Assembly (NCBI RefSeq): GCF_963921235.1
Contig: NC_086108.1
Span: 55,616,001-55,680,000, forward strand
DNA length: 64,000 bases
Reading direction: 5' to 3'
Source of the DNA: Mobula hypostoma
Lineage: Eukaryota
Shown here in pieces: positions 57,093 through 64,000 of the stretch. The stretch's first letter is position 1; each line of letters opens with the position of its first letter. Made by a program: the position numbers and the translations under genes. Below the pieces are notes generated by a model. That model worked only from the letters and a program-made list of their open reading frames with translations, made no database searches and was not told where the DNA came from.

Positions 57093-59960
57093 TCATAAGA
57101 CCATAACACAGGAGCAGATTTAGGCCACAGGGCCTGTCATGTCTGCTCCACTGTTCGATTATGGCTGATTTATTTTCCTTCACAACAACATTCTCCTACC
57201 TTCTCTGTGTAACCTTTGACACCCATACTAATAAAAAACCTATTAAACTCCACTTTAAATGTACCCAATGGCTTGGCCTCCCCAGTCATCTCTGGCAATG
57301 AATTCCATAGATTCTCCGCACTCTGACTAAAGAAATTCCTCCTCTCTGTTCTAAAGGGACAGCCTTCTATTCCGTGACTGTGCCTTCTGGTCTTAGACTG
57401 TCCCTTATTGGAAACATCCTCTCCATGTCCACTTTATTTAGGCATTTCAATATGCAGCAGGTTTCAAAAAGATCCCCCCTCATTCTTCTAAACTCTAACA
57501 ACTAGAGGCCCAGAGCCATCAAAAGCTCCTCATACATTAACAATTTCATTCCCAGGATCATTCTTGTAAACCTCCTCTGGACCGTCTCCAAAGCCAACAT
57601 GTGCTTTCATCAATGAGTGGTGCAGAACTGCTCAGAATACTCCAAATGTGATCGGATCATTGCCTTTTAAAGTCTCAGCATCACATCTTGGTTTTATATT
57701 CTAGTCTCTTTGAAATGAATGCTAACATTGCACGTCCTTCCTTTCTACCAACTCAAACTGCAAGTTAACATTTAGAGAATTTTCCACTAAGACTCCCAAG
57801 TTCCCTTGTACATCGGATTTCTGAATTTGCTCCCCCTTTGGGAAATTGTCTATGCCTTTAGTTCTTCTACCATTACTACCTCTCCAGTGTTTTCTTTTTC
57901 CCAAGTGGTCTGTTGTTCGCTCTTCCCTCTCCTTTACTCATTATATATCTGAAAATAAAACCTTTTGGTATCCTCTTTTATATTAGTATTGGCTAGCATA
58001 CCTTCATAATTCATGTTTTCTGTCTTAATTGCGTTTTTAGTTGTCGATTAGTTGGTTTTTAAAAGCTTCCAACTCCTCTAAATTCACTCTAATTTTTTCT
58101 ATATCTTATACCCTCTCTTTTGCTTTTGTGCTGTCTCTGACTTGTCAGTCACGGTTGCTGCATCCTCCCTTTAAAGTGCTTCATCTTCTTTGGGATGAAC
58201 TGATCTTCAATCTTCTGAATTACTCCCAGAAACTCCTGCCTTGCTGCTCTCCTGTCATCTCTGCTAGTGTCCTTTTCCAATCCAGTTCTCTCTCATGCCC
58301 CTGTAGTTTTCTTTACTCCACTGTAATACTGATTCATCTGATTTTAGCTTCTCCTTCTAAAGCAGCAGGGTATATTCTATCGTATTATGATCGCTGCCTA
58401 CTGAGGGTTCTTTTACCTTGAGCTCCCTAATCAAATATGGTTCATTACACAACACCCAATCCAGAATTGCCTCTTCCCTAGTTCACTCAAACATTGTCAT
58501 AGAAAAGTACAGCACAGAAACAGGCCCTTCAATCCATCTAGTCTGTGCCGAACCATTTAAACTGCCTACCCCCATCGATCTACATTGGGACCTGAGTGCT
58601 CTGTACAACATGAACTGCTCCAAAAGCTATCTCATTAGAACATCAGCGAGCAGGACAAGTCCTTCAGCCCACAATGTTGTGCCGACCTTTTAGCTTACTC
58701 TAAGTTCTATCTAACTCTTCTCTTACATAGCCCTCCATTTTTTTTTTATCATCCGTGTGCCTACCTAAGAATTTCTTAAATATTCCAAGAAATTCCAAGC
58801 GAGGTCTAATGTTGCAGTAGCTGCAGCATTATTTTGTGGCTCTTGAACTCAATTCTCAGACCAATGAAAGCCAACACACCATACACATTCTTAGCCGTGC
58901 TATCAACTTACATGGTAGCATTGAAGGATCTATGGATATTGTCCCCAAGATTCCTCTTTTCCTCCACACTTTCAAGAATCCTGCCATGAAACGTGTATTC
59001 TGCCTTAAGGTGCAACCATTCAAAATTAATCACCACACTTTTCTGAGTTGAACTAAATCAGCCACTTCTCAGCCTATCTCTGCATCCTGTCAGTGTCCCA
59101 TTGCAACCTTTAACAACCCTCCACACTATCCACAACTCCACTAACCTTTGTGTCATCTGCCAACTTACTAACCTATCCTTCCATTTCTTCGTGCAAGTCG
59201 TTTATAAAAATCACGGGGCAGAGATCCCAGACAGATCTGTGCAGAACACCACTGGTCACTGACCTGCAGGTTGATACTGTCCATTTCTTACCACTCTCTG
59301 CCTTCCATGTGCAAGTCAATTCTGTATTGACAGAGCCAAGTTTCCCTAGATCCCATGCCTCCTGATTTTATGAATGAGTTTCCCGTAGGGAACCTTGTCA
59401 AACACTTTACTAAAATCCATATACACCACAGCTACTGCTCTACCTTCATCATTGTGCTTTGTCACATTCTCAAAGAATTCAATTAGGATCACAAGGCATG
59501 GCCTGCACCTTGCAGAGCTATGCTGATTATCCCTAATTGTAGGCATTCTCTTAATTCTGGGATCCAGCACTAACCTGATTTTCCCAATCTACTTCCATAT
59601 TGAAACTCCTATGACCATGACCATTGTAACATCGCCCTTTTTACATGCCTTTTCTCTGTCCCACTATAATTTCTGCCCCACATCCCGGCTGTTGTTCGGG
59701 GGCCTGTATATAATTACCTACAGTGTCTTTTTAACCCTGCAGTTTCTATGCACGATGGCTCTACATCTTCTGATCCTATGTCACTTCTTTCTAAGGATTT
59801 GATTTCATTTTTTACCAACAAACCCACCCCATCCCCGCTTCCCACCTGCCTGTCCTTTTGATATGGATGTTAAAGTCCCAGCTGGGATCCCCTTTCAACT
59901 ATGACTCACCTGCTACTTTATAACTGTGCTGCAAGATCAACATTAATTTGTATACTGTTC
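57093..59960 (-). mobile_element. Internally deleted CR1 with nested CR1 fragments (58495-58605, 58635-59540)
   Basis: cataagaccataa tail at 57093. ORF2 C-terminus, then APE region resuming near 59540. Nested copy encodes VYMDFSKVFDKVPYGKL. Confidence 0.75.
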
Positions 59961-60674
59961 ATTGAAGTATGAAGGATCAAGGATTAACTTTATTCACCAA
60001 ATGCATCGACATGTATTAGAACTTTGCTGTGTTGTGTTAGTGTGACTTGTAACAAAATTGACATTCAACAATTATAAAGAATAAAGAATTTTATAAGAAT
60101 AAAGCTAGAGGCTAAAGTACAAATGTGGAATGAAATGTGCATAAATACATTAAAATGCAAAGGTAAATTACAAAATAAAATATCAAAGAATATTGAAGAA
60201 GCAAAAAAATCTCTAGCTATATAAATAAAAGGAAGATCATGAGGTGGATGGGCTTACTAATATATATACACAATAAACTCACTTTTAATGGCAAGAAATT
60301 GTAGAAAAAATGGGCCAGATTTTATAATGTTATGACAGCTTCTTCATGTATAACTACCATGTTTACTTTTGTTAAGTGGGGCATGCTTAGGGCTTCAATG
60401 TGTAAACTCACTGATAGCAATTTGCTGGTGTTTCTTAGACTGATCTGCAATTCTGAACTCTTGGGTTCAATGTCATCCTTTACAGGAGGAATAAATTTCA
60501 ATTTTGAATTTTAAAATTTGTTGAAATATAAATTACATTTTGACTTTCCTTAAAACCACCAGAAATTGTATTCATAGTAAATCCTCTGAAATGCTAGTTT
60601 TGATATCTATTCATACAAACCTTATATTTATCTTGGTTTTCTGCCTCAATAATCTGCCTGTGCATATCTCTCAA

Positions 60675-60892
60675 AAAGACAAGAGATTCTGCAGATGCTG
60701 TAAATCCGGAGTAAAACACACAAAATGCCGGAGGTACTCATCAGGTCAAGTAGCATCTATGGAGAGGAATAAAGACCCCACTTTCAATCCGGTGCCTGAT
60801 GAAAGTTCTTGAACCAAAACATTGACTTTTTATTACTCTTCATTGATGCTGCCTGACCTGCTGAGTTCCTCCAGCATTTTTTTGTGTGTTAC
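60675..60892. mobile_element. Fold-back Penelope terminal remnant with a decayed hammerhead
   Basis: Inverted terminal arms around cctgatgaaagttcttgaaccaaaacattgact. Confidence 0.8.
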
Positions 60893-63429
60893 TTTCCATA
60901 TCTTTCCTTGTTCCATTGATTTCTTGCTTGTCTCTGCACTTTCAAATTATTATGTCAGGCCTAATTAACCCCCAATTTTGGTCATGATCTCAGCAGAAGT
61001 TATTGATGTTCAGGAAACTGGACCTAGGCATTACCATATAACATTACTTCTTAATGGTTTCCTCACTGTAAGTTAGTGGGATTTGGATCAGGTACATTTA
61101 TATGCAATATCCAACTTCACATCATAGCATTACCATCAGCTGCCTTGCCCTATGGGCAAAAAAAAACTCTACTTCCCTTTCCTTCTTTAAGAAACTTTGA
61201 AGATGATGTGCTTATAACTGATGGACAAGAGTGAAAATAAATATGAGTGGGCCAGCAGAGAAGGATAATTATTACATTGTGTCTAATCATCAGTAAGGTT
61301 GAGAAAGATAATGATTAAAAGTACCACGGTCAGACCTCTACCATTCTTATGTGCCGATGAAACGTAATCTCACAATCACTTTGCAAAAATCTTTCTGGAA
61401 TTACTTGTTTAATTAAACTCTTCCTCCTATTTTCAACCAAAGACCACCTTTACAGTGTTTCTAGATTTCATTTGTGTCACATTCAAGCATGGTAAAATAT
61501 AACTGCAAAACTAAAGAACCAGTTTTCAAGGCTGCAAACTTTGATATTATGCCAAACACTTCGACTAAGTCCAAATGCTGCAGAAATCTAAGGTCCTTTC
61601 ACTTTGGACTTTGTTCGTGTTGGCATATATTCTGAGTTTTTAAAGAAATGAAAATAAAGTGCCTCGATGAAAGAAAATATAATGTTACTGGTTTAGTATT
61701 TTCATGGTAAAATAAAGAGAATCATGAACTTTGATCCCTAAAAATTGGTAAAAGTCTGGGAATATCGTCTAATAAAGAACTGTTTCTTTGGTACAGTTGT
61801 TGTAAGTCACTGATAACCATAAATCTGAAAATTCCTTGTGTATCAGATGACATAAAAATAAGTACATGCTGTTGGAAAACATATCCTTCTGATCATTGTA
61901 ATCATGAACACATAAATACATGTAAGGAATGTAGGTCCATAACAGTTCAGAGATCACAGTCAAGCATATCAAATGCAGAAACAGAAAGACAATCATTCAG
62001 TGGTTGTTTCTTTTCAACTGGTACCAGAAATTTCTGTTTGAGCAATATAAGAAGGTTTCTTACCTGACTCTTTCCTGTAGATTAGCAGGGTTTTGGATCA
62101 GTAAGGATCAAAACAAAAAGTCAAGCAGGTGCAACCATTGAGCCGATAGTATATATTGCCTTGGATTTTTTAAGACACAGTTTGTTGTTGTGTTTAATTG
62201 CTTGAGGTCCAGAGGCCCTGCAATTTTCACCAATACTTGAGATGTTGTAAGATTATATTCACTGATTTATTGAATGAATGGGTCCCTCACTCATCCCAGT
62301 TCCGGTGAAGTACAAACATCGGTGAAGCCTATTTACTAAACAACTGAAATGTGTAGATCATCAGTGTGGCGTATCATACAAACTGCAACACTTCCAACAA
62401 AACAGCATTCCCTCACTATTGTAATCTGTTGCCAATTTTGATTATAGAATTACATTCTGAAGCAGGTGCTGCATTACTATCTTTAAATCTGTAAAAAAAA
62501 AAGTGCATTCTCATTGTTAGAATAAATTATCCTCTATCTACTATCTTATATCAAACACAAAAGTATAGGACTGCTTTAATTTGGTTCTGGGTAGATACCC
62601 TGTGCAAATCCCAAGATAGGTGTAAGGCCTAACGTATACTTAAATATCATGCTCATCATAGAAGCAGTAACTTGGAAATGAGGTGGTAAGTCCTAACAAA
62701 TAATTCACTACAACGCGGAGCAAGCGAGCCTCCTCTTGCCCTGGCCAACATGTGCACTTCAGCCTCCATTACTAAATACAGAGAAAAAGCACATTTTCGG
62801 GGATTTTGCCATGCAAAAATATTGCATTGTTTTTCCTGTCTGTACACCATTGGCTATAAATTGTTACAACATGTCCCAAGAAAATTGCATCTATATAGTG
62901 AATTCTTGTAATTTCCATTAAAGTTGGTAAACTATTAAGAGCAATAGAAAATATGTCTCTTTGAAATATGTGAGATCATCTTCTAAGATTTATTCTGCAT
63001 CTGACTGATCAGTGCCAGATGTAGAGTGCTGAAAGGGTTCTACTTTCCAAAATCAGTAGTTTGGTTAATTTGTTGTTATTGCTGCATGTACTGAGATACA
63101 GTGGACGGCTTTTGTTTTATGTGCTATCCAAGCAGATCATGTCATATGTAATTAGACAGAGATGGTAAAAAGAAAGATACAAGTGTTACAGTAACAGAAA
63201 GAGTGTATTGTTAATTTAACATGGATGAAAGCAACTTCGTGGTTTTCAACTCCCCAGTGTGTAATGCCTGAACTGTATAAACATGGCTGAAGGGTTTTAT
63301 GATTGACAGTTATTCCTGTGAATGTGGTTATTGCATATGTAATATAAGTTAATTATTGAGAAAAGCTGTATGAAATATTGGCTGTTCTTTTTACTCTGAC
63401 GTAGTAAACATATTGTATGAATCAAGCAC

Positions 63430-64000
63430 ATGCCACACATGAGGCTACTTATCAAGATAAGGGCCCATGGAATTACGGGAAAGTTACATACATGGATAGA
63501 GCGTTGGCTGATTGGCAGGAAACAGAGAGTGGGAATAAAGGGATCCTATTCTGGTTGGCTGCCGGTTACCAGTGGTGTTCCACAGGGGTCTGTGTTGGGG
63601 CCGCTTTTTTTTACATTGTACATCAACGATTTGGATTATGGAATAGATGGCTTTGTGGCTAAGTTTGCTGATGATTCGAAGATAGGTGGAGGGGCCGGTA
63701 GTGCTGAGGAAATGGAGAGTCTGCAGGGAGACTTGGATAGATTGGAAGAATGGGCAAAGAAGTGGCAAATGAAGTACAATGTTGGAAAGTGTATGGTTAT
63801 GCACTTTGGCAGAAGTAATAAACGGGCAGACTATTATTTAAGTGGGGAAAGAATTCAAAGTTCTGAGGTGCAACGGGACTTGGGAGTCCTTATGCAGGAT
63901 ACCCTTAAGGTTAACCTCCAGGTTGAGTCGGCAGTGAAGAAGGTGAGTGCAATGTTGGCATTCATTTCTAGAGGAATAGAGTATAGGAGCAGAGATGTGA
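63430..64000 (+). mobile_element. CR1 RT fragment running off the window end
   Basis: SGVPQGSVLGP, YINDLD, KFADDSKIGG. Confidence 0.92.

Noticed and set aside
14815..60892. Recurrent tgctggaggaactcagcagg motif as a CRISPR-like or regulatory array
   Set aside because: Copies are dispersed, in both orientations, and are Penelope terminal fragments. There is no regular repeat-spacer period, and the DNA is eukaryotic.
62064..62074. Minus-strand 11-nt microexon candidate (ctacag|GAAAGAGTCAG|gtaaga)
   Set aside because: Good splice signals but not frame-preserving and unsupported without RNA data. The same lack of support applies to isolated donors near 22795 (minus), 26358 and 62685 (plus).

Overview
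Repeat-dense, AT-rich vertebrate non-coding DNA (intergenic or large intron). The repeat inventory (CR1 with esterase ORF1, V-SINE/HE1-like and Deu-domain SINEs, Neptune-type Penelope elements, Rex-Babar, L1, RTE) points to a cartilaginous fish, probably a ray (inference). No host gene can be called with confidence; only weak isolated exon candidates were seen. Nearly all long ORFs are retroelement-derived. The standout is a nearly full-length, frameshifted Hero/R2-group restriction-like-endonuclease retrotransposon (about 10948-14789, minus strand). Its 3' UTR contains all three hammerhead ribozyme core motifs (GUC, GAAA, CUGAUGA) in a non-circularly permuted order. By manual pairing, stem II is replaced by a perfect four-way junction with a pseudoknot and stem III is extended through a kink-turn. 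Its 5' end carries an array of covarying hairpins. Also present: a Penelope element with a minimal hammerhead and many fold-back remnants of its terminus, an epsilon-like ERV pol fragment with 2H-phosphoesterase-like motifs, two related solo LTRs, and an 8-kb CR1 carrying about eight nested insertions. Boundaries of old relics are approximate (tens of bp). RNA structures were paired by eye, not computed, and family names rest on recalled motifs rather than database searches.
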